Source: an uncultured Candidatus Entotheonella sp.
GTDB lineage: Bacteria > Tectomicrobia > Entotheonellia > Entotheonellales > Entotheonellaceae
Direction of reading: 5' to 3'
Length of the DNA: 64,000 nt
Assembly (NCBI GenBank): GCA_965217185.1
Contig: OZ244252.1
Span: 1,920,001 to 1,984,000, forward strand
Within the stretch, counting starts at the first letter, position 1, and the number at the start of each line of letters is the position of its first letter. The translations under genes and the position numbers were made by a program. Shown piece by piece: positions 38,093 through 47,688 of the stretch. The notes beneath the pieces are model-generated. The model searched no databases. It was not told the DNA's origin and saw only the letters and a program-made list of their open reading frames with translations.

Positions 38093-38869
38093 TTACCCGC
38101 TCGGCTTGCGCTGTCCGGACGCGCGGCGCAGCAACACGTAGACCGCGCCGGCACCGCCGTCAGTCGCCGGCGCGGTGGCAAACGCCAGCACCAACCGGCT
38201 CAGACGTCCGTGAGACAGCCAAACCTGCACCTGCTCCTTGAGAACGGGGCGGTTGTCTCTGGAGTTGCGCCCGCGACCGTGGATGACGCGCACGCAGCGC
38301 TGACCGGCGGTGTGTGCCTGCGTAACGAAACGCTGTATGACAACCTTTGCTTCTTCGACCGTGTGGCCGTGCAGGTCACACTGCGCCTGGACAGCAAAAT
38401 CGCCGCGATGCAGGCGCTGGGCCAGACGACGATCGACACCCGGCGCCACGCCCTCCATGTATTCATCCGTGGACTGAATGGAAAAGGCGCCGCGCCCTTC
38501 GACGAGGTCACGCAACTCGTCCAGGGCGTCCGGTTCTTGGTGGGCGCTTACCCTGCGCTGCGGCCGCGGTTTGTCCACGTGCCCGCGCGGATCCTTGGGC
38601 AAGGGAGTTACGCCGGTCATTTCGGACAGGAACAACGCCCGCTCCCGCCGTGCCCCTTCGTCGGTAGAGACAGTAGCCTGCCTGGGTATGGGGTCGGCTA
38701 TTTGGCGGGGCGGAACGGGGGCAGGCTTTGGCGTGGGCGGTCTGGCGGCAGGCCGAGTTACAGCGTCGCGCAGTTTTTCCCTTACCTCACTGAATGGCCT
38801 GTAGAAGTCTTCTTCCTGCGGTGCGGTGGTAAGGATAGGAGGACGGGGTTTTCGTCGCTTGCGTCCCAT
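38093..38869 (-). CDS. Smr-domain protein
   Basis: DLHGHTVEEA, VIHGRG and GGAGAVYVLL motifs. Confidence 0.9.
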   Translation of the reverse strand: MGRKRRKPRPPILTTAPQEEDFYRPFSEVREKLRDAVTRPAARPPTPKPAPVPPRQIADPIPRQATVSTDEGARRERALFLSEMTGVTPLPKDPRGHVDKPRPQRRVSAHQEPDALDELRDLVEGRGAFSIQSTDEYMEGVAPGVDRRLAQRLHRGDFAVQAQCDLHGHTVEEAKVVIQRFVTQAHTAGQRCVRVIHGRGRNSRDNRPVLKEQVQVWLSHGRLSRLVLAFATAPATDGGAGAVYVLLRRASGQRKPSG

Positions 38870-38874
38870 GGCCT

Positions 38875-40158
38875 TTACGTCCTGTAGGCACGGTCCAGCA
38901 TCTCGATCGGATGGAGGATTTCGGCGGTCAGTCCGTGCCGTGCAGCCCCTTGGCGGAGTTGCAGGAGACAGCCAGGATTGCCGCTGACGACAACATCAGG
39001 CCGCACCGATGCAAGGTGGGCCATTTTACGGTCGAGAAGCGCCTCGGCCGTTTCCGGATGAAACAAATTGAAGGTGCCGGCGCTGCCGCAGCACCAGTCG
39101 CTCTCGGGAACTTCCAGCAATTCCAGTCCTGGCACCTGCCGCAGTAAGTCCCTCGGTTGCTGGCGAATCTTCTGCCCGTGTGACAGGTGACACGGGTCGT
39201 CGTACGCCACCCTTAACGGCACGGGTTGCAAAGGCCCCCGCAGAGGGTCGGCAGCCAAGATTTCGCTAATATCACGCACACGGGCGTCAAAAATCTCCGC
39301 CCGCGCCGCAAATTCGGGGTCGTCGGCTAGCAGGTGGCCGTAATCCTTCATCAACGCCCCGCAGCCCGCAGCGTTGACCACGAGCCAGTCCGCCCCGCTC
39401 GCCTCAAACGCGGCAATATGGAGCCGCGCCAGCCGCCGTGCACTTCCCAGATCGTTGGCATGCGCCTGCAACGCCCCGCAGCACGGTTGCGCCGGGTTGG
39501 CCAGGACGCGGTAGCCGTTGCGGGCCAACACCCGCACGGTGGCACGATTCACCTGCGGCAAAACCTGCGGCGTCACGCAACCCGTGAGCAAAAGCACACC
39601 TCCGCGCTCCTCGCCGTGCGCGGGCGTTTCCACGGGTAGGGATTGGCGCGCCTTTGCGGGAGGGACGGCGGGCAGGAGCGCTTCCATGACAGCAAGCCTT
39701 GGCGCCAGCCGGGGCAGCAGGCCGCTCAAGCGCACGAGCGCCTGCACGCCACTGATCTGATACACACGCAGGAGGTTGGACAGTCGGTGCAAACGGTGCG
39801 GGGACGGCAGAATGTGTTCCATGAACAGTCGGCGCAGCCAGCCGCCAAGACGCGATGCGGGCTGTCCAACCCCCGCGGCAGCCCGTCCGGCCTCCAGCAG
39901 CCGGCCGAACTCCACGCCGGCCGGACAGGCCGTTTCGCAGGCGCGACAGCCGAGGCAGAGATCGAGGGGTTCGAGGATATCTTCAGGCTCAAGAACGCCG
40001 TCGGCCACCGCGACCATCATGTCAATGCGGCCGCGGGGCGACGCCGCTTCACTGCCGGTGAGGTTGTAGGTGGGACAAACAGGCAAGCAGAAGCCGCACT
40101 TGATGCAGCTCGTCTCAGCCTGCTGCAGCGTTTCCTGCAATGCCGACGACTGTGTCAT
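38875..40158 (-). CDS. GlcF-like Fe-S protein (two 4Fe-4S motifs plus two CCG domains)
   Basis: CIKCGFCLPVCP, CLGCRACETACP, CCGAL, DPCHL and CCGSAG motifs. Confidence 0.9.
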   Translation of the reverse strand: MTQSSALQETLQQAETSCIKCGFCLPVCPTYNLTGSEAASPRGRIDMMVAVADGVLEPEDILEPLDLCLGCRACETACPAGVEFGRLLEAGRAAAGVGQPASRLGGWLRRLFMEHILPSPHRLHRLSNLLRVYQISGVQALVRLSGLLPRLAPRLAVMEALLPAVPPAKARQSLPVETPAHGEERGGVLLLTGCVTPQVLPQVNRATVRVLARNGYRVLANPAQPCCGALQAHANDLGSARRLARLHIAAFEASGADWLVVNAAGCGALMKDYGHLLADDPEFAARAEIFDARVRDISEILAADPLRGPLQPVPLRVAYDDPCHLSHGQKIRQQPRDLLRQVPGLELLEVPESDWCCGSAGTFNLFHPETAEALLDRKMAHLASVRPDVVVSGNPGCLLQLRQGAARHGLTAEILHPIEMLDRAYRT

Positions 40159-40161
40159 AGC

Positions 40162-41181
40162 CTACAGGTTCGCCTGCGGGACAGCGTAGTTCCTGTCCTT
40201 TTTGTAGATCTGCAGGCGGCCGCGTTGGCAATCCGCCACGGTGATCAAATCGCGCTCCGCGTCGAACGCCACAGCGGTCGGGTAATAGAAGCGCCACTCG
40301 GGCTCCAGACTCTTCACCCGGCGGCGCATCTTCGACATGTCTGGATTGGCGTCGATCGATTGCTGGCCCCATTTGGACAACCACTGCGCGTCGCCGATCA
40401 GTGAAGTGATCAGGTCGCCATCCGGCCGGTAGATGCGCAGTTTGTGATTGCCCCAATCGGCTACATAGACGTCGTCGTCCGTATCCACGGCGACGCTGGT
40501 CGGGTGGTTGAGGTCGCGCGGGCCGTCCCCGGGCTGACCGAATTGCATGATGAGTTCGCCGTTGCGATCGCGTTTTTGCACCTGGCCATTTTTCCAGTCG
40601 GCCACGTACACGTCGCCGTGCGCGTCGATGTGGATGCCCCAGGGGGTATCCAGTTGATCGGGGCCGCTACCGTGCGAGCCCCAGCCGGATACGTATTTGC
40701 CGTCTGCGGTGTACACCTGCACGCGGTGGTTGCGGCTGTCGACCACGTAGAGTTGGTCATCCGCATCAAAGGCCAGGCCGGCGGGGCCGTCGAATTCGCC
40801 GGGACCGCTTCCCGCCGTGCCCCACTGCTCAATGAAATTGCCGTTGGGATCAAACACGGCAATGCGATTCAACCAGTCGTCCGACACGTAAACCCGCCCC
40901 TGCTTGTCCAGCGCCACGGAATTGGGCCACAGCGCCTGCCCCGGATTTGAGCCGTAACGGCAGAACTCAGCGAGCACCTTCTCTTCACCCGGCTCGCCGA
41001 CGAACACCTTGGTAAGCCGCGAGCCGTAGTTCGTCTCGTTACCGCGACTGACGACGTACAGCACGCCCTGCGACGCCGGCGCGATGGCGCAGGGATAAGA
41101 GAACCCGTCGCCGGCCGCCGCGTTGCGGCCGACGGTGTGACTGAAATCGTAGACACGTCCAGCGATTACGGTAGTCAGCAT
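40162..41181 (-). CDS. NHL-repeat beta-propeller protein
   Basis: Repeated P-x-x-V/L-A-x-D-x-x-G-x-V-Y-V-x-D-x-x-N units. Confidence 0.9.
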   Translation of the reverse strand: MLTTVIAGRVYDFSHTVGRNAAAGDGFSYPCAIAPASQGVLYVVSRGNETNYGSRLTKVFVGEPGEEKVLAEFCRYGSNPGQALWPNSVALDKQGRVYVSDDWLNRIAVFDPNGNFIEQWGTAGSGPGEFDGPAGLAFDADDQLYVVDSRNHRVQVYTADGKYVSGWGSHGSGPDQLDTPWGIHIDAHGDVYVADWKNGQVQKRDRNGELIMQFGQPGDGPRDLNHPTSVAVDTDDDVYVADWGNHKLRIYRPDGDLITSLIGDAQWLSKWGQQSIDANPDMSKMRRRVKSLEPEWRFYYPTAVAFDAERDLITVADCQRGRLQIYKKDRNYAVPQANL

Positions 41182-41193
41182 GGGTGTTTCCTT

Positions 41194-42327
41194 CTACGCC
41201 TTGGCGATGAACGCCGGACTTTCAAAGGTGCCGCCGACAATCGACGGGGCGTCCAGTTCCAGCCAGTCATCCAGGAGTGTGGTGTACACGCCGCGGAAAT
41301 CCTGATTCGGCATCAGGTCGCCTTGCGTCAGGTCCTCGGCCTTCAGCGACGGATATTCGCCATACATGCCGCCCTGGACGGCTCCGCCAATGGCGAACGC
41401 CACGCCGCCGGCGCCGTGGTCGGTGCCGGAGCCGTTGTCGTGCACCCGGCGACCGAACTCGGTGAAAATCAGCATCACGACGTTGTCAGCAGCGTCGTGC
41501 TCGCGCAAATCGGTGAAGAAAGCACCGACGCCTTCCGAAACCTCTCGCCACAGCTTGGCGTGCTCGCCGGTTTGGCTGGCGTGCGTATCAAAGCTGCCGT
41601 GGTCCAGGTAGAAAATACGGGTGCCCACCTCGGCGGCGTGCACCTGCGCCACGCCGCGCAGCTTGCGGGCCACCTTGGAATCGGGGTACGTGACACTCGA
41701 TTGATAGCGCTGCGGCGCCTCCTTAAGAACGTCCGCGCCAGCCATGGAATCGAGGCCCGTTTGGCCCATGTAATCCATCACCGCCCCCAGACCGATGGCC
41801 GGGGCGTAGGCGTTTTTAAACCGTTCCAGCACCCTCTGCCGCCGCTGTCCCTCGATTCCCGGTAGCATGCCGTAGGTCTCCAGGTCACCGCTGACGCACG
41901 CCACGGGAACGCCGGGAAGCGCCATGGCACGGTACATGCTGGGGCCGAAACTGACGCCGGTCACCACGTTTTCCTTGTTGGGATCGATATCCCGCAGCGC
42001 ACGGCCCAGCCAGCCCTCGGTGCCGACAGTATCCGGCTCGCAGGTGTGCCAGATGTCCATGGAGCGAAAGTGCGAACGCGGCGAATTGGCGTAGCCGACG
42101 CCGTGCATGACAGCCACGTCACCGGCGTCGTAGAACGACTTCAGGGCTTCCATGCTCGGGTGAAAGCCTAGGGCCTGATCGATCGGGATGATCTGATCTT
42201 CAGGGATACTCACCGCCGGGCGGTTCTCCCAGTACAGCGAGTTGGCGTACGGGATGACCGTGTTCAGATAGTCATTGCCGCCACTCAACTGCAGCACGAC
42301 CAGAACGGGTTCTCTCTTCTCTGCCAT
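41194..42327 (-). CDS. DUF1501 family protein
   Basis: QLSGGND, RSHFRSMDIW, FDTH, EFGRRV and GTDHG motifs. Confidence 0.9.
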   Translation of the reverse strand: MAEKREPVLVVLQLSGGNDYLNTVIPYANSLYWENRPAVSIPEDQIIPIDQALGFHPSMEALKSFYDAGDVAVMHGVGYANSPRSHFRSMDIWHTCEPDTVGTEGWLGRALRDIDPNKENVVTGVSFGPSMYRAMALPGVPVACVSGDLETYGMLPGIEGQRRQRVLERFKNAYAPAIGLGAVMDYMGQTGLDSMAGADVLKEAPQRYQSSVTYPDSKVARKLRGVAQVHAAEVGTRIFYLDHGSFDTHASQTGEHAKLWREVSEGVGAFFTDLREHDAADNVVMLIFTEFGRRVHDNGSGTDHGAGGVAFAIGGAVQGGMYGEYPSLKAEDLTQGDLMPNQDFRGVYTTLLDDWLELDAPSIVGGTFESPAFIAKA

Positions 42328-42380
42328 GACTGAACTCCCTCCTCTTACGGTTCAGGCGCAACACACGCCTTAGTGGCTGG

Positions 42381-43790
42381 TTAGTTGAATTGATACTCAC
42401 GCATGGCGACGATCAACTGCAGCATCTCGCCGATCCGCGCTACGGATGCCTCCGTCTCGTCCGCCGAATCCCAGGTCAGCGGACCGCCCTCGCGGGCCTG
42501 CTCCAAAAGCTCCTGCCGGGTATCCGTGCCCACCTGAAGCGGACCCATCAGGTCCAGACAGCTATTCACGAAGGCTTCGGGATCGAGCGAACCCTTGGCC
42601 CTGATGCGGCGGATCATGTCCCGCACGCCCGGCAGATCGGTGCTGCCGACCATGTCAGCCACGAAATTGATACGGCTCATCAGCGAGCCGCTGTTGATCC
42701 ATTCCTTGCCGGTATGCCAGCCCTCCACGCTGGGCGGATTGAGCAAATCCTGGCCCATGTAGGTCGGCTGCAGGGCCACATCGCGGCCGTAATCGGGACG
42801 CGGGATCTCAGCGCCGCCGACCATACGCAGGGTGCCGACGACCAGCTCTGCCGGGCTTTTCACCTTCGTGAAGTAGGCTTCCTTGAAGGAGTCGGAGGTG
42901 AACAGGGTGGTCAGCACCGCCTTCATGTCGTAGCCCGACTCCTGGAAGGTATTGGCCAAAGCATCGACCGCCGCCTCGTCGCGCGACGGGGTGATCTTCC
43001 AGCTTGGCACCTGCGGTTCGTCGGCCACGAAAAAGTTGTACAGGTGACGCGCGACGAAGCGACCACAGGCCGGCTGCTGCACGACGATATCGATGATGTC
43101 CTCGCCGTTGAAATTGCCGGTGTGACCCAGAAACTCCTTCTCACCGTCGTCGTGGTCCTCTGCGACGTACTCGAACTCCCAGGGAAAACGACCGTACGGC
43201 AGGCGCGGAATCTTGACCGAGAACGTCCAACCGGTGAAGGCGCGCGACGCCTCACGTACATCCTTCTCGGTGTAATTCCCCTGCCCCATGCTGAACAACT
43301 CCAAAAGTTCCCGCCCCCAGTTCTCGTTCACGGCGTCCTTGTGGTTCTCGTTGTTGTCCAGCCAGTAAATCATCGCCGGGTCCTTGGCCAGGGCCACCAG
43401 CAGGTCGCGGTAGTTGCCCATGCCGCGCTGTCGGAACATGCCGATCTGCGCCAGCAACTGGTCGTAATTGTCCACCTTGGAATTGCCGGTAGCGAAGACG
43501 TGGTGCCAGAAGAGCGCCATCTTCTCCTCAAGGGGACGCTGGGTGTTCACCATGTGGAACATCCAGTTGACGTTCCCCATAGGCGGCATGCCGCCCGGCA
43601 ACAGAGCAGCGGGTTGGTAGCGCAGCAGGGCGTATTCGTCCGCCGGCTCGCTGGTTTTGGGGTGAATCAACTCCTGCACCGTCGCCTCGTACCCTTCGGC
43701 GGCGCGGCGCTCCAATTCCTCGCGCGGCGCCCCGAAGCCGGCCCGGCGCATCAAGTGGGCCATCAATCCGATGTCGTGATTGTCTACCAT
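42381..43790 (-). CDS. DUF1800 family protein
   Basis: HLMRRAGFG, EKMALFWH, NENWGRELLELF and PPSVEGW motifs; GAGGAGG RBS. Confidence 0.9.
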   Translation of the reverse strand: MVDNHDIGLMAHLMRRAGFGAPREELERRAAEGYEATVQELIHPKTSEPADEYALLRYQPAALLPGGMPPMGNVNWMFHMVNTQRPLEEKMALFWHHVFATGNSKVDNYDQLLAQIGMFRQRGMGNYRDLLVALAKDPAMIYWLDNNENHKDAVNENWGRELLELFSMGQGNYTEKDVREASRAFTGWTFSVKIPRLPYGRFPWEFEYVAEDHDDGEKEFLGHTGNFNGEDIIDIVVQQPACGRFVARHLYNFFVADEPQVPSWKITPSRDEAAVDALANTFQESGYDMKAVLTTLFTSDSFKEAYFTKVKSPAELVVGTLRMVGGAEIPRPDYGRDVALQPTYMGQDLLNPPSVEGWHTGKEWINSGSLMSRINFVADMVGSTDLPGVRDMIRRIRAKGSLDPEAFVNSCLDLMGPLQVGTDTRQELLEQAREGGPLTWDSADETEASVARIGEMLQLIVAMREYQFN

Positions 43791-43871
43791 TGCTCTCTCC
43801 TCCTCACGGCGTTGACACTCTCCCACACATGGATTCCCGCTGGCGCGAAAGCGGCAGGGACAGGCAAGTCG

Positions 43872-45281
43872 TCAGTCCCGCGCCAGCCGAAACCTCGACC
43901 GCCTCCTTCGCCTCTTGTGTCTGAGGTATGCGATGTACAGCCGGCCGATAATAAGGACCATCACCACCACGGCCGCCCATATGAAGAGCTTCTTCTGCTT
44001 ACGGTCCAGCAAATGAAAACTATGGGTCAACACTTTCCTAAGGCCCGCTCGCTCAACCGAGCCGCTGGCGATCAGCGGTATGGATACCAGAAGCCTGCCC
44101 TGCAGCCCCACGACGTATTCACCAACCACCTGTTGGTGCTCTACCGGGGCAATCAGGTACTCGGGCAACGTATCGCGGCGCTCAAGGTTATCCTCGAATT
44201 CTTCAGGCACGATGAGCATCGGGTTACGCGCCCCCACCACGCCGATGCTGTCCTCTTTTCCCTTGAATACCGGAATCTCGAACACCGTGCCCGGCTCCTG
44301 GAACACGTCGAGGAAGGCATAGCGACGATAGCCGTAGTTGAGCAGCTTCGCCGACTCCTCGGTGCGCACGGTGGGGCTGGTCGCCCCCATGAGGACGGAA
44401 ATCAGCCGGCGCCCCTCCCGTTCAGCGGTGGCCAGCAAGTGATAGCCGGACGCGGCGGTGAAGCCGGTTTTCAGACCATCGACCGAGTCATCCCTCCGTA
44501 GCAGCCGGTTGCGGTTGTATTGGCGTATGTCGGAGAAGGTGTACTCCGTAAGGGAGTGATACTGCAGGGCTTGCGGAAAATCTTGCAGGTAGTGCATGGC
44601 CAGCAGGGCCATGTCTTGGGCGGTGGTGAGTTGCCCGCGGCTCGGCAGTCCGTGCGAATTGGTGAAGTGACTGTTCGTCATACCCAATCCGCTGGCCGTC
44701 TCGTTCATGATTTTGACGAACGCCTCTTCGCTGCCGGAGAAGTGCTCGGCTACCGCCACGCAGGCGTCGTTACCGGACACGACGGAAATACCTTTGATCA
44801 GTTCCTCCAGCGGCACTCTTTCGCCCTCCCGCACAAACATTTTCGAGCCGCCGGTCCTCCATGCCTTCTCGCTGATGAAAACCTCATCGCTGAGTCGTGC
44901 CTGACGCTTGTCAATGAGATCGAAAACAACGTACAACGTGAGCAATTTGGTAAACGAGGCAGGGGGAATTTGCTCGTCTTTGTTCTGCTGCTGGAGGATC
45001 TTGCCGCTGGAATACTCCATCAGCACGGAACTCTTGGCGCGGACCGACAGACTACTCCCCGGCTCGAGCATCAGGTAGGGTTCGGGCATTTCAGCCTTGG
45101 GTCTTTCGCCGGAGACTGTGGCGGCAGGCTCGGCAATTGCAGGCTCGGTCGCTTCCGGGAGAGGCGCAGGCGTTGGGGTCTCGTCCTGAGCGTGTAAGCA
45201 GCCGAAGAAAAAAAGCACGAACAAGCCGCCTAGTAACAACAGCCGCGTAAGGCGGCGATTCGGGGAGTCAGTCACGTGCAA
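43872..45281 (-). CDS. D-alanyl-D-alanine carboxypeptidase (PBP5/6 family; start uncertain)
   Basis: SxxK (ASFTK), SGN and KTG motifs; C-terminal TM anchor. Confidence 0.9.
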   Translation of the reverse strand: MHVTDSPNRRLTRLLLLGGLFVLFFFGCLHAQDETPTPAPLPEATEPAIAEPAATVSGERPKAEMPEPYLMLEPGSSLSVRAKSSVLMEYSSGKILQQQNKDEQIPPASFTKLLTLYVVFDLIDKRQARLSDEVFISEKAWRTGGSKMFVREGERVPLEELIKGISVVSGNDACVAVAEHFSGSEEAFVKIMNETASGLGMTNSHFTNSHGLPSRGQLTTAQDMALLAMHYLQDFPQALQYHSLTEYTFSDIRQYNRNRLLRRDDSVDGLKTGFTAASGYHLLATAEREGRRLISVLMGATSPTVRTEESAKLLNYGYRRYAFLDVFQEPGTVFEIPVFKGKEDSIGVVGARNPMLIVPEEFEDNLERRDTLPEYLIAPVEHQQVVGEYVVGLQGRLLVSIPLIASGSVERAGLRKVLTHSFHLLDRKQKKLFIWAAVVVMVLIIGRLYIAYLRHKRRRRRSRFRLARD

Positions 45282-45320
45282 TTCCTCTGTCGGGTGTTCC
45301 TTGCTTTCGCGTGCATCGTG

Positions 45321-45743
45321 TCACCCCGTTTCCTCGGTAAAGCGAACCTGCTCACCGTACGTCTCCACGAACGACTCAAAGCGGGCGACGTTGTCGGGGA
45401 TGAGGGTCTTACCCTGGCTCCAATCGTAGAAGCTGGGAAAATACCAGACGAGCAGCGGGTCACCACAGGCCTCGCCAGCTTTGAAGAACGCCAAGTGCGG
45501 CGTCTGCCCTTCCGAACGGCGCACTGCGGCCGCTTGCAGGGTGTGCCGTTTGAGATGCAGATGGCTACGCGCTTCGGGCCTCTCGGCGTTGGTGTGATAC
45601 ACCGTCAGCCACTCCTCATAGGGATGCAGATACATGTCCTGCCCGCGCAGTTCCATGGAGCCGTGCTCATTTCGCAAGATGAAGGTGCCGCCCATATCGA
45701 TCAACAGCTCCAAGAAATCGTGAAGTGTCGTCGTCATTGCCAT
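45321..45743 (-). CDS. Hypothetical protein, possibly HemS/ChuX-like fold
   Basis: GGAGG RBS; ILRNEHGSMEL and SHLHLK motifs resemble haem-utilisation proteins. Confidence 0.5.
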   Translation of the reverse strand: MAMTTTLHDFLELLIDMGGTFILRNEHGSMELRGQDMYLHPYEEWLTVYHTNAERPEARSHLHLKRHTLQAAAVRRSEGQTPHLAFFKAGEACGDPLLVWYFPSFYDWSQGKTLIPDNVARFESFVETYGEQVRFTEETG

Positions 45744-45860
45744 GCCACACCTCCACAAGAAGCCACGTTACGACGGAGCCTCAAACAGCCTGGGACCCGC
45801 CAGCACGTGGCTCTGCCAGTGCTGCCAACTCAGGAGATCCTCCCCTGGCAATTTGCATTG

Positions 45861-46271
45861 TCAAAAGGTCGCCGCCTGTTCAAAGAAGGCGACGTCGACC
45901 CGCACCGTGCCCTCCTGCCGGGCCTGTTCGGCGACTTTCTGAACCACCATCTGACGCACAAACGGAATGGGAATGCGGCCAACACGATGCACCACGTCTT
46001 CGGTACAAGGAACCGAGGTGCCGGGCAAATATGGACCGTCCGACGCTTCCGGCTCGGCGTCATGCTCGCAGGTGTGGGGCACCAACTCCTGCAGCCGCAG
46101 GGAAACGTAATCCGTCACCCACTGCTGGATGCCCTCGGTAACCTTGCCGGTATCAACGCGCTGCTGCTCAAGCTGCTGCGAAAAACCGACCAACAGTTCC
46201 TGCACGCGCGTCAACTGCTCCTGCATGGCGTCCAAACGGCTTTCAAGCCCCGTGGCCTCCGTGCTCGGCAT
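45861..46271 (-). CDS. Coiled-coil plus PCP_red-like domain protein (possible UGA read-through to 45768)
   Basis: AAGGAGA RBS; RIPIPFVRQMVVQKVAEQARQEG motif. Confidence 0.7.
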   Translation of the reverse strand: MPSTEATGLESRLDAMQEQLTRVQELLVGFSQQLEQQRVDTGKVTEGIQQWVTDYVSLRLQELVPHTCEHDAEPEASDGPYLPGTSVPCTEDVVHRVGRIPIPFVRQMVVQKVAEQARQEGTVRVDVAFFEQAATF

Positions 46272-46333
46272 GTTCACTATCTCCTTATACAGGGAACTTT
46301 TTCTATCGCATGAAATCATAGGGGCAGCGATGC

Positions 46334-47671
46334 TCATGACCGTTTGGGACGGAATCGTGCACCCCACGTTTGGCGAATCTCGGCCAACAACTCGGAGGTT
46401 ATCTCCGGGTAACCCTGCGACCGAGCATAGGCTTCCACACCCTTCACCACCATACCGCGGGCGAATGACGGAATCGCCTTCAGCCGCTCGCGGGCCGCCG
46501 GCTGCCAAACCAGTTCCTGCTTCACCTCAAGGCCGAACGTCTGCGATGGCGGGAGCTCAATCATTTTACCACCGTGTTGACCTGGCTGGTAAGCGCAGGC
46601 GGGATCCTCGGCCAAATAATCGCCGTAGGTGGCATAGGCGCGGCAACGACAGCCGCCACAGATTTTGCTGAACTCGCAGGTACCACAGCGCCCGCCTAGC
46701 TCCGGCTCACGCAAATTCTGGAAAACGTCGGACCCATCCCACAGATCGGCGAACGACGTCTGGCGCAGATTGCCCGCCACGACCGGCATATAGGGACACG
46801 GTGTCACATCGCCGCGCGGCGTGATGCGGCAGTAGTATTTGCCGGCCGGGCAGGAGCCGTGGGCGTAATTCTTGAGCAGCGGCGAGTTGGGATCGAGCTC
46901 CCAGACGATGCGGCGAAAGTGTGGGGCACACTTGGCGCGAATAAGGAGCTTGCCCGCCGCGCCGACCGGCATGCTCCACGGGTCCTCCTGCTTGCTGAAA
47001 ACCGATGTCGCCTCAGTGTCACCATCTTCGCCAACCCCTTGGGCGCGAGCCAAAGACGTCAGGATAGCTTCGTACTGCTCGGCGCTGATGTCCGTCAGGT
47101 TCTCGCCCCGCCCGGTTCGCACCAGGAAGAATAAGTTGAGCACGTTGGCGCCCAGGTCGTTGGCCAGATCGACCATCGCCGGAATCTCGTCAACATTCCA
47201 GTCGGTCACCGACATGTGCAACGAGAAGTCCAGGCCTTCGTCCTTCAAGACCCGCGTCGCCCGCACGGCAGCCTCCCAGGAGCCGGCCTGATGGCGAAAG
47301 GCGTCGTGCTTGTCGGCGTGCGTGGAATCCAGGCTTATCGAGGCACCAAGAACACCGCTCTGCCGCATCAACTTGGCCTGCTTCTCGCGTAACAGCACCC
47401 CGTTCGTACCCAGAACGACCGTGAAATCACGCTCCGCCCCGTAAGCCGCCAAGTCGAATATATCCTTCCGCAACAGCGGCTCGCCGCCGGTAAGGATGAG
47501 AAAGATGCTGGGATTGACGCGGGCGATGTCGTCCATGACGCGGTAGCACTCAGCCGTCGTCAATTCGTTTGCAGCGTCGGCACCGGCGGAAGCGCTGATG
47601 TAGCAGTGGGCGCAAAAAAGGTTGCACCGCTGCGTGAGGTTCCAGGAAACCGAATAGGCTTTATAAACCAT
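46334..47671 (-). CDS. Radical SAM/SPASM protein (AhbC/AhbD/NirJ-like) with C-terminal PCP_red-like domain
   Basis: CNLFCAHC, TGGEPL, CAPHF, CPAG, PCPY, CGTCEFSKICGGCRCRA and EDPAC motifs; tail WQPAARERLKAIPSFARGMV. Confidence 0.88.
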   Translation of the reverse strand: MVYKAYSVSWNLTQRCNLFCAHCYISASAGADAANELTTAECYRVMDDIARVNPSIFLILTGGEPLLRKDIFDLAAYGAERDFTVVLGTNGVLLREKQAKLMRQSGVLGASISLDSTHADKHDAFRHQAGSWEAAVRATRVLKDEGLDFSLHMSVTDWNVDEIPAMVDLANDLGANVLNLFFLVRTGRGENLTDISAEQYEAILTSLARAQGVGEDGDTEATSVFSKQEDPWSMPVGAAGKLLIRAKCAPHFRRIVWELDPNSPLLKNYAHGSCPAGKYYCRITPRGDVTPCPYMPVVAGNLRQTSFADLWDGSDVFQNLREPELGGRCGTCEFSKICGGCRCRAYATYGDYLAEDPACAYQPGQHGGKMIELPPSQTFGLEVKQELVWQPAARERLKAIPSFARGMVVKGVEAYARSQGYPEITSELLAEIRQTWGARFRPKRS

Positions 47672-47688
47672 AGGCTATCCCGTCTTGC

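Noticed and set aside
42390..44501. 703-aa plus-strand ORF and similar long antisense ORFs (13647-14903, 19286-20485, 47707-48873)
   Set aside because: Shadow frames of well-supported opposite-strand genes in GC-rich DNA.
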